In this document: piece by piece, positions 1 through 9,733 of the stretch
Layout: each line of letters begins with the position of its first letter
How positions within the stretch are numbered: position 1 is the first letter of the stretch
From: Spirochaetia bacterium
GTDB taxonomy: Bacteria; Spirochaetota; Spirochaetia; SZUA-6; Bin103
NCBI GenBank assembly: GCA_965203055.1
Contig: OZ241863.1
Location: 3,040,001-3,104,000 of the forward strand
Length of the DNA stretch: 64,000 bases
Direction: 5' to 3'
Notes under the pieces: generated by a model
What the model was told of the DNA's origin: nothing
Seen by the model: the letters and a program-made list of their open reading frames with translations, nothing else
Databases searched by the model: none
Made by a program: the position numbers and the translations under genes

Positions 1-1611
1 GATCACGTCGTAGAGAAAGTGAGTCACCGGGGAGGGACTCGCGGTCCAGTCGATCCCGTCGCTGCTGCGCAGGATCGTGCCGCCCTCCCCGACCGCGACG
101 AACTGCGCGCCGCCCCAGGCGAGGCCGTCGAGAATGTTCTCCGTCGGCGAGGCCGCCGCCGTCCAGTCGCTGCCGTCGCCGCTGTAGATGACCGCTCCGT
201 CGAACCCTACCGCTACGAAGCGGGAACCGTTCCACTCCACGTCGGTAAGGTGGCTCGACACCGGGCTGGCGGTCTCGCTCCAGTGCACGCCGTCGTCGCT
301 GCGCAGGATGATGCCGTCGCCGTCGCCCCAGTTCCCGCCCACGGCGACGAAGCGCGCGCCGTCGGTGGCGACCGCCTGCAGCGGTACGGCCTTGTCCGGC
401 GTCGCCGCGGCCGTCCAGACGATCCCGTCGCTGCCGTACAGGATGGTGCTGCCGCGCCGCCAGTAGCCGCCGACCGCGACCAGGCGGGCGCCGTCGCCGG
501 CCACGTCGAACAGCCGCTCCGAGGTGGGGCTGACGGCCGCGGTCCAGGCGCTGCCGTCGCTGCTGTAGGCGATCGTGCCGTCGAACCCCACGGCGATGAA
601 CCGGGAGCCGGTCCAGACCACGGCCTCCGGCAGGTTCACCACCGGCTTGGCCGCGGCCGTCCAGACGATCCCGTCGCCGCTATGCAGGATCGTGCTGCCC
701 ATCCCCACCGCCGCGAAGCGGGCGCCGCTCCAGGCCACGCCCCACAGCGGCTCCGGCGTCGGGACAGCGGCTGCGGTCCAGGTCGTGCCGTCGTCGCTGT
801 AGAGCGCGGCGCCGTCGAACCCGACCGCGACGAAGCGCTCCCCGCCCCAGGCGGCGCCGTAGAGCCAGGAGGTAACCGGCGTGGCGGCGGGCACCCAGAC
901 GACCCCGTCGGCGCTGGACAGGATCACGCCGTTCGTCCCCGCGGCGAGGAAGCGGGAGCCGGCCCACGCCACGCTGTTGAGGCGCACCGCCGTGGGGCTG
1001 GGCACCGCGCGCCAGGCGCTGCCGTCGCCGCTGACCAGCACGGTGCCGTCCAGGCCTACCGCGACGAAGCGCCCGCCGCCCCAGGCCACCCCGCGCAGAT
1101 CGTGTTGCGTCGGATTTGTGGCGGCGGTCCAACTGCGGCCGTCGCCGTATACGATCACCCCGTCCGAACCGACCGCCGCGAAGCGCCCGCCGCCCCAGGC
1201 CACGGCGCGCAGATTGACGTCGGTCGGGCTCGGCGCCGCGGTCCACGCCAGCCCGTCGCCGCTGCGCAGCGTCACGCCGCGATTGCCTACCGCGACGAAG
1301 CGCCCGCCGCCCCAGGCCACCCCGCTCAGCGTGTCATGCACCGGCGCGGCGGCCTTCGCCCACTCGATCCCGTCGCTGCTGTGCGCGATGCCGCCGAACG
1401 ACCCGACCGCGACGAAGCGCGCGCCGTTCCAGACCACCTCCCGGAAATGGGACGAGGCGCCTTCCCGCATGATCCTCCAGTCGCCTTCCGCCTGCTGCCC
1501 GCTGGTCTCCGCATACCCCGCCGCGGCCGCCGCCAGCATGATGGCCAGCGGACCAATGATCTTCAGGAAAGAGAGCCGCGGCGCTGCGGAGCGCGCTCGC
1601 GCCAAGTCCAT
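1..1611 (-). CDS. Secreted beta-propeller repeat protein (BNR/Ycf48-like), runs off the window's left edge
   Basis: Manual translation from ATG at 1611 gives MDLARARSAAPRLSFLKIIGPLAIMLAAAAGYAE (signal-like), then many ~40-aa repeats of the form (L/F)xxVxWxGxRFVAVGxxGxxxxSxDGxxW. It is absent from the ORF track because there is no stop inside the window. Confidence 0.8.
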   Translation of the reverse strand, partial: MDLARARSAAPRLSFLKIIGPLAIMLAAAAAGYAETSGQQAEGDWRIMREGASSHFREVVWNGARFVAVGSFGGIAHSSDGIEWAKAAAPVHDTLSGVAWGGGRFVAVGNRGVTLRSGDGLAWTAAPSPTDVNLRAVAWGGGRFAAVGSDGVIVYGDGRSWTAATNPTQHDLRGVAWGGGRFVAVGLDGTVLVSGDGSAWRAVPSPTAVRLNSVAWAGSRFLAAGTNGVILSSADGVVWVPAATPVTSWLYGAAWGGERFVAVGFDGAALYSDDGTTWTAAAVPTPEPLWGVAWSGARFAAVGMGSTILHSGDGIVWTAAAKPVVNLPEAVVWTGSRFIAVGFDGTIAYSSDGSAWTAAVSPTSERLFDVAGDGARLVAVGGYWRRGSTILYGSDGIVWTAAATPDKAVPLQAVATDGARFVAVGGNWGDGDGIILRSDDGVHWSETASPVSSHLTDVEWNGSRFVAVGFDGAVIYSGDGSDWTAAASPTENILDGLAWGGAQFVAVGEGGTILRSSDGIDWTASPSPVTHFLYDVI

Positions 1612-1740
1612 CACTGCTGTGTGCAAGAAATCCTCCGTCGGGACCAGTAACGGCCAGCGCGGCCAGCGCCGGCAGCGGCAATTGCCGGCCGCGCACCTAT
1701 CTTGAAGAAAATGCACCAGCCATGCAACTATGGAGAAACC

Positions 1741-2928
1741 ATGAGCCACGTCAAAGAGCTCAAGCAACACAGCCGACAGGAAGCGCAGGCAGGGATGTCG
1801 GACAACGGCGCATCGGCAGGTCCGCGACCGCGGCTGAAGAGCGTCAAGGTCAAGGGGTTCCGGTCCATCAAGGAGATGGATTTGGAGATGCGGCCGCTCA
1901 ACGTCTGCATCGGCGCCAACGGCGCAGGAAAGAGCAACCTCATCGCGTTCTTCAAGCTGATAAACGAAATGATGGGCGGACGACTCCAACAATACTTCGG
2001 CACGACCGGACGGGCCACCGCCAATCTGTACTTCGGACCCCGCATAACTCCGCAAATGGAGGTGGAGCTGGACTTCGAGGTCGATAGAGGAACCAACGCG
2101 TACCGCATGAGGCTCGTTCACGCGGCCGATGACTCGGTGATCTTCGCCGATGAGTCGGTCTCCTTTCACCAGGAAGGCCATGATCTGCCTCAGCTAATGT
2201 CGTTGGGCGCCGGGCATCAGGAGACGCGTATCAGAGAGGACTCGATATACGATCCTCTCCCGAATACCCTGAGGCACCTATTGAGTCACTGCCGCGTGTA
2301 CCACTTCCACGATACGTCGCAGACTGCGCGCGTTCGCCAGTACTGTTACGTTGAGGACAGTAAGTGGCTCATGCCCGATGCAGCGAATCTTGCCGCCGTT
2401 CTCCATCGGCTGAAGACCGAGAACGAGCTGGTCTACCGGCAAATCGTGAGGAACGTGAAACAGGTAGCGCCGTTCTTCGTGGACTTCGATCTCCAGCCTT
2501 CCGGGCGCAACAAGACCGACATCATTCTCAACTGGAGACATAGAGATTCCGATCTGGTATTTGGGCCGCATCAGCTATCCGATGGCACCTTGCGCGCAAT
2601 CTGCCTGATCGCGCTGCTACGGCAGCCACACGAGGACTTGCCGTACCTGATCGTGGTTGACGAGCCGGAGCTCGGTTTGCACCCGCATGCGCTCGACATG
2701 ATCGCTTCGTTTTTTCAAGCCGCGAGCGAGCACGCCCAAGTGCTCATCAGCACGCAGTCCAGCGCGTTCGTCGACGCCTTCGATCCCGAGGACATCGTGG
2801 TGGTCGAACGAGACTGCGAAGCCACGACATTCACGCGACCCGACGCCGAGAAACTCGGCGCGTGGCTGGAAGACTACTCGCTCGGCGAAGTATGGGAAAA
2901 GAACGTCATAGGCGGCGGACCGCACTGA
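1741..2928 (+). CDS. AAA_21/SMC-like ABC-type ATPase (COG4637-like)
   Basis: Walker A GANGAGKSN, signature LSDGT, Walker B IVVDEPELGLHP, STQS, and C-terminal SLGEVWEKNVIGG. Start could be 1741 or 1795. Confidence 0.85.
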   Translation: MSHVKELKQHSRQEAQAGMSDNGASAGPRPRLKSVKVKGFRSIKEMDLEMRPLNVCIGANGAGKSNLIAFFKLINEMMGGRLQQYFGTTGRATANLYFGPRITPQMEVELDFEVDRGTNAYRMRLVHAADDSVIFADESVSFHQEGHDLPQLMSLGAGHQETRIREDSIYDPLPNTLRHLLSHCRVYHFHDTSQTARVRQYCYVEDSKWLMPDAANLAAVLHRLKTENELVYRQIVRNVKQVAPFFVDFDLQPSGRNKTDIILNWRHRDSDLVFGPHQLSDGTLRAICLIALLRQPHEDLPYLIVVDEPELGLHPHALDMIASFFQAASEHAQVLISTQSSAFVDAFDPEDIVVVERDCEATTFTRPDAEKLGAWLEDYSLGEVWEKNVIGGGPH

Positions 2929-3614
2929 TGCCCCGGCTCCACCTGTTCGCCGAGGGCCGTACGGAACAGGTCTTCGCTACCCAGGTGCTGCAACCGCACT
3001 TGGCGAATTTCGACGTGTGGCTGCATAATCCGATGTTGGTGGCTCACGCGCGTAAGAAGGGCCGCACCCATCGCGGGGGAGGCCGGCATTTCGAGCCAAT
3101 GCAGAACGACATCATGCGGCGCCTCAAGGAGGACGCCAACGCCGACGTGTACTTTACGACGATGGTCGATCTGTACGCATTGTATAACGACTTTCCTGGG
3201 CGCTCGGAGGCAGAGAAGGTGCGTGCCGATCCCTATAAACGTGTGGCGTCGCTCGAAGAATCATGGCGGAAGAAGACCGCGGACAATCGCTTCATCCCTT
3301 ACATTCAGTTGCACGAGTTCGAAGCGTACCTGTTTGCCGACGTGTCGAAGTTCGCCGAGTGGCAATGCCCGATCCCTGCAATCACCGCGTTGCAGAACGT
3401 GGTTAACGAGGCGAAGTCTCCGGAGAGGATCGACGACGGGCAACACACCGCGCCATCCAAGCGGATTATCGCCCGGTTCGGTAAGTACAAGAAATTGAAG
3501 ACCACCATAGGCCCGCAGATGGCAGAGATGATCGGCTTGTCGGCCATCAGGGCGAAGTGCCCTCACTTCCACGAATGGATCAGGCGGTTGGAGCGGCTCG
3601 GAACCGGCGTGTAA
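2928..3614 (+). CDS. DUF4276 family protein (TOPRIM-like)
   Basis: TGATG overlap with the ATPase. Motifs AEGRTE, TTMVDLY, PYIQLHEFEAYLF, PERIDDG-APSKRI and CPHFHEWI are typical of DUF4276. Confidence 0.8.
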   Translation: MPRLHLFAEGRTEQVFATQVLQPHLANFDVWLHNPMLVAHARKKGRTHRGGGRHFEPMQNDIMRRLKEDANADVYFTTMVDLYALYNDFPGRSEAEKVRADPYKRVASLEESWRKKTADNRFIPYIQLHEFEAYLFADVSKFAEWQCPIPAITALQNVVNEAKSPERIDDGQHTAPSKRIIARFGKYKKLKTTIGPQMAEMIGLSAIRAKCPHFHEWIRRLERLGTGV

Positions 3615-3617
3615 CGG

Positions 3618-6443
3618 TCATGAACGCGCCGCGGCGGCGAGGAGGTCGTGGACGTCTTCGGGGGTTCTCGACACGGCGCATGACCAGCGGCCGAAGCCGC
3701 CGTGGTCGGTTACGGCGGCGCACCACTCCTTGAGATACGTGCGTTTGGCGCGGTCGCCGTCGCGGTCCAGGCCCTTCACTTCCATGACCAGCATGTCTCC
3801 GGTCGTGAGCCGGATCAGGAAGTCGGGGCGGTACTTGCGGACCACGCCGCGGTGCACGTAGAGCACCTCGAAGCCGAGATGATCGTTCTTCACCCAGGCG
3901 TCGACCGCCGGGTGGTGGTCGAGGGCATAGGCTTCCGATGCCTCCCAGGCGCTGTCGTACACGCACAGGTTGACGTGGCTGCGATCCGTGTGTTCGCACG
4001 GCTTGCCGGTGTACCAGGTGAGCATGTCGCCGGTCGAGCGGATCGGGTGATCGCGGTCGAAGATCGGCGCCAGCCGTTCCGCGTTCTGGAAGCGGATCGC
4101 CTGCAGGAGATGCTGCACGACCTTGGTCATGTTGAGCATCAGCATGAGCCGCCGCTTCACCGCGTCGCAGGCGAACGCCGCCGGTTCGATCACCACCCGG
4201 TCCGACTGGAGCAACTGCTCAGTGAGGCGCACCAGTTGCGCGACGAGCGCGGCCCGGTTTCCGCGCCAATCCGGCCGCATCTCGTCGTAGACCTGCTGCG
4301 CGGTCTCGAACACGATGCTTTGCAGACGGCGCTTCCGCGCCAGACGTTGCAGGTCGATCGTCGCGATCCTGGTCAGGTCGGGCTTGCCCTCCACGACCGG
4401 CGCCAGCTCCGCGACCCCGGCGGTCTGCGCCGCGGAGAGCGCCAGCGGTTCCACGTCGTCCCAGTCCACGGTCAGATGCGGTCTGAGCACGCGGTCGACG
4501 CGCACCACGTTTGGCCACGAAAGCGCGAACCGCTCCTTCTCCCGGACCGGTTCGATGGCGGTCTTCGGCAGCGGCGGCGGCGGCACCCCGGCCCGCGACT
4601 CGTGCGGCAGGAACGTGAACGGCACGCCGAAGACGTTCACGTACTCCGGCTCCAGCAGGCCGGTTTCGTCGCTGACGTCGTAGGCGGTGCGGCGCAGCCC
4701 GCGGCCGATCACCTGTTCGCACAGCAACTGGCTGGCGAAGGCGCGCAGGCCCATGATGTGGGTCACGGTCTTGGCGTCCCACCCCTCGGACAGCATGCCG
4801 ACCGAGATCACGTTCTGTATCCGTTCGCCGGGACCGCCGGCGCGGCCCACCGTATCGACCTGCCGGCGCAGCAGTTCGGCCCGCTGCCGGGCGTTCAGCC
4901 GGCGCCTTTGGCCCGCTTGACCGCCTGCCTCGTCCTGCGCGCCGGGACCGCCGGCGTCCGCGCCATCTTCGCCGACGGCCGCCAACGGCTCCGCGGCGGC
5001 CTCGGCTTCGGCCAGCGTCTTCGAGTCGATATGCAGCGTGCGCTCGGGATCGCACAGCTCCGCGATGCGGATGCTGCCGCGCGCGAACGCGTGCCGGACG
5101 CGCGCCGCGGTCTCGGTGCGGTTGGCGACGGTGATCATCGCCGGCGGCGTCGGGAACCCCAGCGCCGCCCACTGCCGGGCGGTCTCGCGCCAGTCGTACC
5201 CCAGGAAGTAGTAGCCGTTCAGCACCAGGTCCGGCAGCGGGTCGGTAGGCGCGGCCCGGCGGTTCAGGTCGTCCCTTACCTCCGGGTCGTTGTAGATGTG
5301 GTAGAAGCGGGAGCGGTAGGTCCGCGCGTCGGGCGCCGCATCGTCGCGCACCACCACGCGCGGCGTCTTGACCAGACCCGCCTCGATGGCGTCGTTCAAT
5401 CCGAAGTCGCTCACGATCCAGTCGAACAACGCCTCCTCGGAGCTGCTCCTGCCGGACGGCACGAACGGCGTGGCGGAGAAGTCGTAGCAGCGCAGGATGC
5501 CGCGCGCGCGGTGGATGCGGTCGAGGCCGCCGATCCACTTGGTGGCGGTTTCCAGGTCGGCCTTGGCGATGCCCCTGGTCGCGGACTGTTCGGAGATGCG
5601 CCAGGCGTGGTGCGCTTCGTCGTTGATGACCAGCAGGTCGCGGGCCGCGGCGAGGTCGCCGAGTACCGCGCGGACGTAGGCTTCGTCGCTCACGGCGCCG
5701 CGCTTGTCGACGCTGCGCCGCCGCGCGACCTGCGCCTCGGTCTCCCAGTTGAGCGCGTGCCAGTTGCGGACCACGACCCGGCCCAGGCGCAGCTTGTCGA
5801 GCAGCGCGGACGGGACGATGCGGAACTGCCGGTAGTAGTTGTCGGGGTGCGGCGGATCGAGGACCGCCAGCCGGCTCTTGACGGTGAGGCCGGGCGCGAC
5901 CACCAGGACGTTGCGGGAGAACCGGCGGTCCTGCGGATAGGCGGCCTTGTTCAGCACCTGCCAGGCGATGACCATCGCCATGACCACGGTCTTGCCGGTG
6001 CCGGTCGCCATCTTGGCGCACAGCCGGGGGAATGCGCCGCCGTCGCCGGGAACGTCGATGCCCACCCGGTCGGCGGCCGGCGCCTCGCGCAGCCACATCA
6101 GGGTCTCCACCGCCTCGAGCTGGCAGAAGAAGAACCGGCGCGAATCGAACTCCTCCGGGTCGGTCCAGTGCGCGAGCAGCCGCCGGGTCACGGTGGAGGC
6201 GCCGGGGTAGCCGGCGGTCCGCCATGCCTTGACGCGCGGGCGGATGGCGTTGACCAGCGGAATCTCGACCGTGACGCCCGGATCGTCGAACGCCCGCGAG
6301 TCGGGCGAAGCGATGACGTATCCCGCCGGCCGGCGGCCCGGCGCCAGGTCGAACAGCCGCGTCGCCCGGTCGTACCGCCAGTGCCGCGCCGGCTCCTCAT
6401 ACGGCGAGTTGACCGTCAGCCGGTCGATGGTGGTTTGCGCCAC
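3618..6443 (-). CDS. res: Type III restriction endonuclease subunit (BPTD_3080-like SF2 helicase-nuclease)
   Basis: FFCQLEAVET, Walker A MATGTGKT, NDEAHH, SATP, MLSEGWD, EQVIGRGLRR and C-terminal YRPDFL...EVKG nuclease motif; lies downstream of mod. Confidence 0.9.
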   Translation of the reverse strand: MAQTTIDRLTVNSPYEEPARHWRYDRATRLFDLAPGRRPAGYVIASPDSRAFDDPGVTVEIPLVNAIRPRVKAWRTAGYPGASTVTRRLLAHWTDPEEFDSRRFFFCQLEAVETLMWLREAPAADRVGIDVPGDGGAFPRLCAKMATGTGKTVVMAMVIAWQVLNKAAYPQDRRFSRNVLVVAPGLTVKSRLAVLDPPHPDNYYRQFRIVPSALLDKLRLGRVVVRNWHALNWETEAQVARRRSVDKRGAVSDEAYVRAVLGDLAAARDLLVINDEAHHAWRISEQSATRGIAKADLETATKWIGGLDRIHRARGILRCYDFSATPFVPSGRSSSEEALFDWIVSDFGLNDAIEAGLVKTPRVVVRDDAAPDARTYRSRFYHIYNDPEVRDDLNRRAAPTDPLPDLVLNGYYFLGYDWRETARQWAALGFPTPPAMITVANRTETAARVRHAFARGSIRIAELCDPERTLHIDSKTLAEAEAAAEPLAAVGEDGADAGGPGAQDEAGGQAGQRRRLNARQRAELLRRQVDTVGRAGGPGERIQNVISVGMLSEGWDAKTVTHIMGLRAFASQLLCEQVIGRGLRRTAYDVSDETGLLEPEYVNVFGVPFTFLPHESRAGVPPPPLPKTAIEPVREKERFALSWPNVVRVDRVLRPHLTVDWDDVEPLALSAAQTAGVAELAPVVEGKPDLTRIATIDLQRLARKRRLQSIVFETAQQVYDEMRPDWRGNRAALVAQLVRLTEQLLQSDRVVIEPAAFACDAVKRRLMLMLNMTKVVQHLLQAIRFQNAERLAPIFDRDHPIRSTGDMLTWYTGKPCEHTDRSHVNLCVYDSAWEASEAYALDHHPAVDAWVKNDHLGFEVLYVHRGVVRKYRPDFLIRLTTGDMLVMEVKGLDRDGDRAKRTYLKEWCAAVTDHGGFGRWSCAVSRTPEDVHDLLAAAARS

Positions 6444-6455
6444 TACCCCGGTTCC

Positions 6456-6764
6456 CTACTCATAGATGGTCTCTGCCGACTCCAGTATCGCCCGGCGGCG
6501 CAGGTGATTGCGGCTGCGCTCGACGCCGCGGCGGCTGACGAGATCGACGTCCCGTCCGAATAGCGAGCGGAGTTCTTCCTCCATTTGGTGCAGGTCGAAC
6601 AGCGTGTGGCGTGCGCTTTCGTCCAGGCTGACCAGCACGTCGACGTCGCTTTCGGGTCCGAAGTCTTCGCGGAGCACCGAGCCGAACAGCGCGAGCTCGA
6701 CCACGTTCCAGCGCTTGCAGAACTCGGCGAGCGCGGCGCGGTCCAGCGGTATCGCCTCGATCAT
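6456..6764 (-). CDS. Minimal nucleotidyltransferase (MNT, MntA-like)
   Basis: LFGSVLREDFGPESDVDVLV (GS-x10-DxD) and LFGRDVDLV; 102 aa. Confidence 0.88.
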   Translation of the reverse strand: MIEAIPLDRAALAEFCKRWNVVELALFGSVLREDFGPESDVDVLVSLDESARHTLFDLHQMEEELRSLFGRDVDLVSRRGVERSRNHLRRRAILESAETIYE

Positions 6765-6774
6765 GTCGTCTCGG

Positions 6775-9354
6775 TCATGGCCGTGACGAACCGTTGAGCG
6801 GGATCACCTTCAGGCTTTCGATGCCGCGGTCGTCGACGATCTTGACCGCGGCCCGCTCGTGGGCGCCCGGCGCGAACGGCAGGGAGACGGTGCCGTGGTA
6901 GGCGGCGATCAACCGCTCGTCGATCTCGGTGCGGAGGCTGCGGGCGAGGCGCTTCCAGCCGTCGCGGGGGGAACCGGCCATGGGGAAGAAGACCTGGCGC
7001 GGAAACAGGCTGCGGCCGTCGTAGTCCGGGTCCAGCATCCACAAGGCGATGCGGTCGCCGCCGCCCGATTCGAGGCCGCCGGTGCGGGTGTTGTAGTAGT
7101 CGAACCCGTGCACGGCGACGCGCAGCTTGCCGGCGTGCTCGCCCGCCTCGATCCGCTCGACTTCGACTTCCGGCTGGCCGATCAGCCAGAAGCTCTCGTT
7201 GCCGGCGCGCTTGCGCTTGAGGTCGTCGGTCAGCAGGTCGGCGTTCATCTGCGCCTTGAGCAGGGTGACGCTCGGCCAGTTGGTCTCGTCGATGTCCTTG
7301 GCGGCTTCCGGGTCGAACTGGAAGGCGGCGAATACCAGGACGGTCGGCCGCGGCACCAGCGTCAGCGATTCCTCCAGGGCGCGGGTTACCTGGCGCTGCT
7401 CCAGCGGCGCGTGGTCGGGGCCGAACGAGACCACCGCCCGTTGCGCGTGATAGGCGGTGCCGGTTTCGCGGACGCGGTCCGCCCCGGAGGAGTCCGGGCG
7501 CGTGTCGCCCTCGGCGTGCAGCCAGCGGGTGCCGGGCAGCGGCTCGACCCGCGCGAAGGAGATGCGCTGGCCGGCCTTGCCGCGGATGCCGGTCTTCAGC
7601 AGCTCGTCGCGCCAATCGCCCTGCCGCAGCGTCTCGCCGGAGCGCGCGATCGACTCGTCAGCCGGCTGCTGCGGCGCTTCCAGCTCGTCGAGCGGCTGAA
7701 CGGTTGGCGCGGGGACCGCCTCGACGGTGAAGGGGCCGGTGACGCGCGCCTTGCGCCGGTCCGGTTCCGGCTGGTCGTAGAGGATGGTCTCGACGGGCGG
7801 CTCGTCGTAGCCCAGGATTCTTGGCGAAACGGTGGCGACGCTGCGGTAGCGGAGCCCTGAGCCGATCCCTTCGTCGGGATGGGCCAGCTCGTAGTAGTCG
7901 AAGTTCGCGGTCATCAGCCGCTGGCGGGCGATGGCGACGGCCACGCGCGAGGTGTCGCAGGTGATCCACCGGCGGCCCCACTGCTCCGCGACGTACGCGG
8001 TGGTGCCGGAACCGCAGGTCGGGTCGAACACCAGATCGCCGGGATCGGTCGTCATGAGGATGCAGCGCTGAATCGCCTTGGCGGCGGTCTGTACGACGTA
8101 CCGCTTGTCGGTGGGGGACATCGGCGCGGCCCAGATGTTGTTGATGCGGCGCCCGGGCACTTCGTCTTCGTACCGCTTCCACATGAGCGAAGATTGCCCT
8201 TCCAGCGCTTCCAGCCGTCCCAACTCGGCCAGTCGATCCATACCGGCCGCGGAAATCGCCCAGTGGCGATCTCGACCACAACGAAAGACTCGTCCGTTCC
8301 ATTCGTACGGTTCGGAACGCCCGGTCGTGGAGACACCCTGCGAATCGAGCGGCATGCGCCGGTAGATACGTGCCCTTTTCGGAAGATTCTCGTCCGGGTC
8401 GAAACACTCTTCGGGCGTCGGTTTACGACAATGGCCGTCCGGCAACTCGACCATGACGTGCCAACTGAAGGATTCGATCACCTCGGCGCGCGTGAGCAGC
8501 TCGTACAACTGGCGGTACTTGGTATGCTTCCGGTCCTTGGCGTACCACAACAGATAGTCGGCGACCTCCGACAACGTCGTCGTCGAACTGGCGCCGGTCG
8601 TGGCGTACGAAATCGTCGCCATCCGGTTTTCGGCGCCGAAGATCTCGTCCATGACGAGGCCGGCGCGGTGCACGTTCTCGGGACCGATCTGCACGAAGCA
8701 GCTTCCGCTCTCGTGCAGCAACTCGCGCGCCAGCAGCAGGCGGTCGCGGAGATAGGCGAGATAGGAGTGGATGCCGAGCTCCCAGGTATCGCGGAAGGCG
8801 CGGATCTGCTCCGGTTCGGACGTCAGGTCCGCGTCCCGGCCGTCGGTGACCTCGCGCCGGTTCACGAACGGCTGGAAGTTGGAGCCGTAGCGGATGCCGT
8901 AGGGCGGGTCGAGGTAGACCGTCTGCACCCGCCCGCCGAGCCCTTCCTTCTCCAACAGGCTGTTCATCACCAGCAGGCTGTCGCCGGCGATCAGGCGGTT
9001 GCTCCAGTTATGCCGGTGGCGGTAGAATTCGATCGCCTGTCGGATCGGCGGGTTCTCCTCGGGCGCGTCGAACAGCGAGCGCTGCCCCTCCGCGCCGTTG
9101 CGCCGGCGCACCGCCTCGACCACGGTGCGCGGGTCGATGCGCTCGTGCACGTGCAGCGAGACCGTCGGCACCGTGAACGAGGTGTGCTCGGCCTTCCCCG
9201 CCCAGTCGAGCCGCGGCTCCAGGTGCGGATCGTAGGCGTAGGCCGCCGCCCCCGCGTCCCGGTCGGTCTCCGGCGTCACCAGCCCCACCGGCGGATTGTT
9301 CGCCCGCTCCTCGGTATGGGCGTAGCTCTCGATCTCCCGCTTGCTCTTCGCCAT
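6775..9354 (-). CDS. mod: Type III DNA adenine methyltransferase (Mod)
   Basis: DPPY (motif IV) precedes DPTCGSGTT (motif I), the beta-class order; upstream of res. Confidence 0.9.
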   Translation of the reverse strand: MAKSKREIESYAHTEERANNPPVGLVTPETDRDAGAAAYAYDPHLEPRLDWAGKAEHTSFTVPTVSLHVHERIDPRTVVEAVRRRNGAEGQRSLFDAPEENPPIRQAIEFYRHRHNWSNRLIAGDSLLVMNSLLEKEGLGGRVQTVYLDPPYGIRYGSNFQPFVNRREVTDGRDADLTSEPEQIRAFRDTWELGIHSYLAYLRDRLLLARELLHESGSCFVQIGPENVHRAGLVMDEIFGAENRMATISYATTGASSTTTLSEVADYLLWYAKDRKHTKYRQLYELLTRAEVIESFSWHVMVELPDGHCRKPTPEECFDPDENLPKRARIYRRMPLDSQGVSTTGRSEPYEWNGRVFRCGRDRHWAISAAGMDRLAELGRLEALEGQSSLMWKRYEDEVPGRRINNIWAAPMSPTDKRYVVQTAAKAIQRCILMTTDPGDLVFDPTCGSGTTAYVAEQWGRRWITCDTSRVAVAIARQRLMTANFDYYELAHPDEGIGSGLRYRSVATVSPRILGYDEPPVETILYDQPEPDRRKARVTGPFTVEAVPAPTVQPLDELEAPQQPADESIARSGETLRQGDWRDELLKTGIRGKAGQRISFARVEPLPGTRWLHAEGDTRPDSSGADRVRETGTAYHAQRAVVSFGPDHAPLEQRQVTRALEESLTLVPRPTVLVFAAFQFDPEAAKDIDETNWPSVTLLKAQMNADLLTDDLKRKRAGNESFWLIGQPEVEVERIEAGEHAGKLRVAVHGFDYYNTRTGGLESGGGDRIALWMLDPDYDGRSLFPRQVFFPMAGSPRDGWKRLARSLRTEIDERLIAAYHGTVSLPFAPGAHERAAVKIVDDRGIESLKVIPLNGSSRP

Positions 9355-9475
9355 CCCCGTCCCGCATCCAGTCTACGCCAACCCACGAACCATCGGGTAG
9401 AGTCGCGCCGGCGTCCCGCTCAGCCATGCCGGCCGCTGGAGAACTGCGGGGGTGACCAAGCTCCTCGGCGTGTCG

Positions 9476-9733
9476 TCAGGTCCCGTCGCCGCCTGCCGCG
9501 GCCGCGCCGTTGGGTTGGCTCTTGAGCTTCTGATACTCCTGCTCGCCAATTCCGGTCGCCCGCTCGATCAACGACCAGTCGACGCCGGTCCGCAGGAAAC
9601 CGTCGATCGTCTCCAACCGCCCCTCGCGCTGGCCGTCGCGGTGCCGCTGTTCGGCAACCGCTCGCATCTCGTTACGCATCTGGTCGCGCATCTGGTCGCG
9701 CCCTTCCTGGCGCAGCCGCTCGCCGCTCGTCAT
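9476..9733 (-). CDS. Putative small Rpn C-terminal protein (internal start, 85 aa)
   Basis: AGGAGG lies 7 nt before the ATG (CAGGAGGGGAGTTGATG); the product begins MTSGERLRQEGR. Confidence 0.55.
   Translation of the reverse strand: MTSGERLRQEGRDQMRDQMRNEMRAVAEQRHRDGQREGRLETIDGFLRTGVDWSLIERATGIGEQEYQKLKSQPNGAAAAGGDGT

Noticed and set aside
19..1650. 543-aa plus-strand ORF
   Set aside because: Antisense shadow of the minus-strand repeat protein; Arg/Ala/Pro-rich with no motifs.
3702..6563. 953-aa plus-strand ORF (and similar long antisense ORFs at 7879, 12497, 15965, 33120, 39430, 59621)
   Set aside because: Mirror frames of well-supported genes; expected in high-GC DNA.
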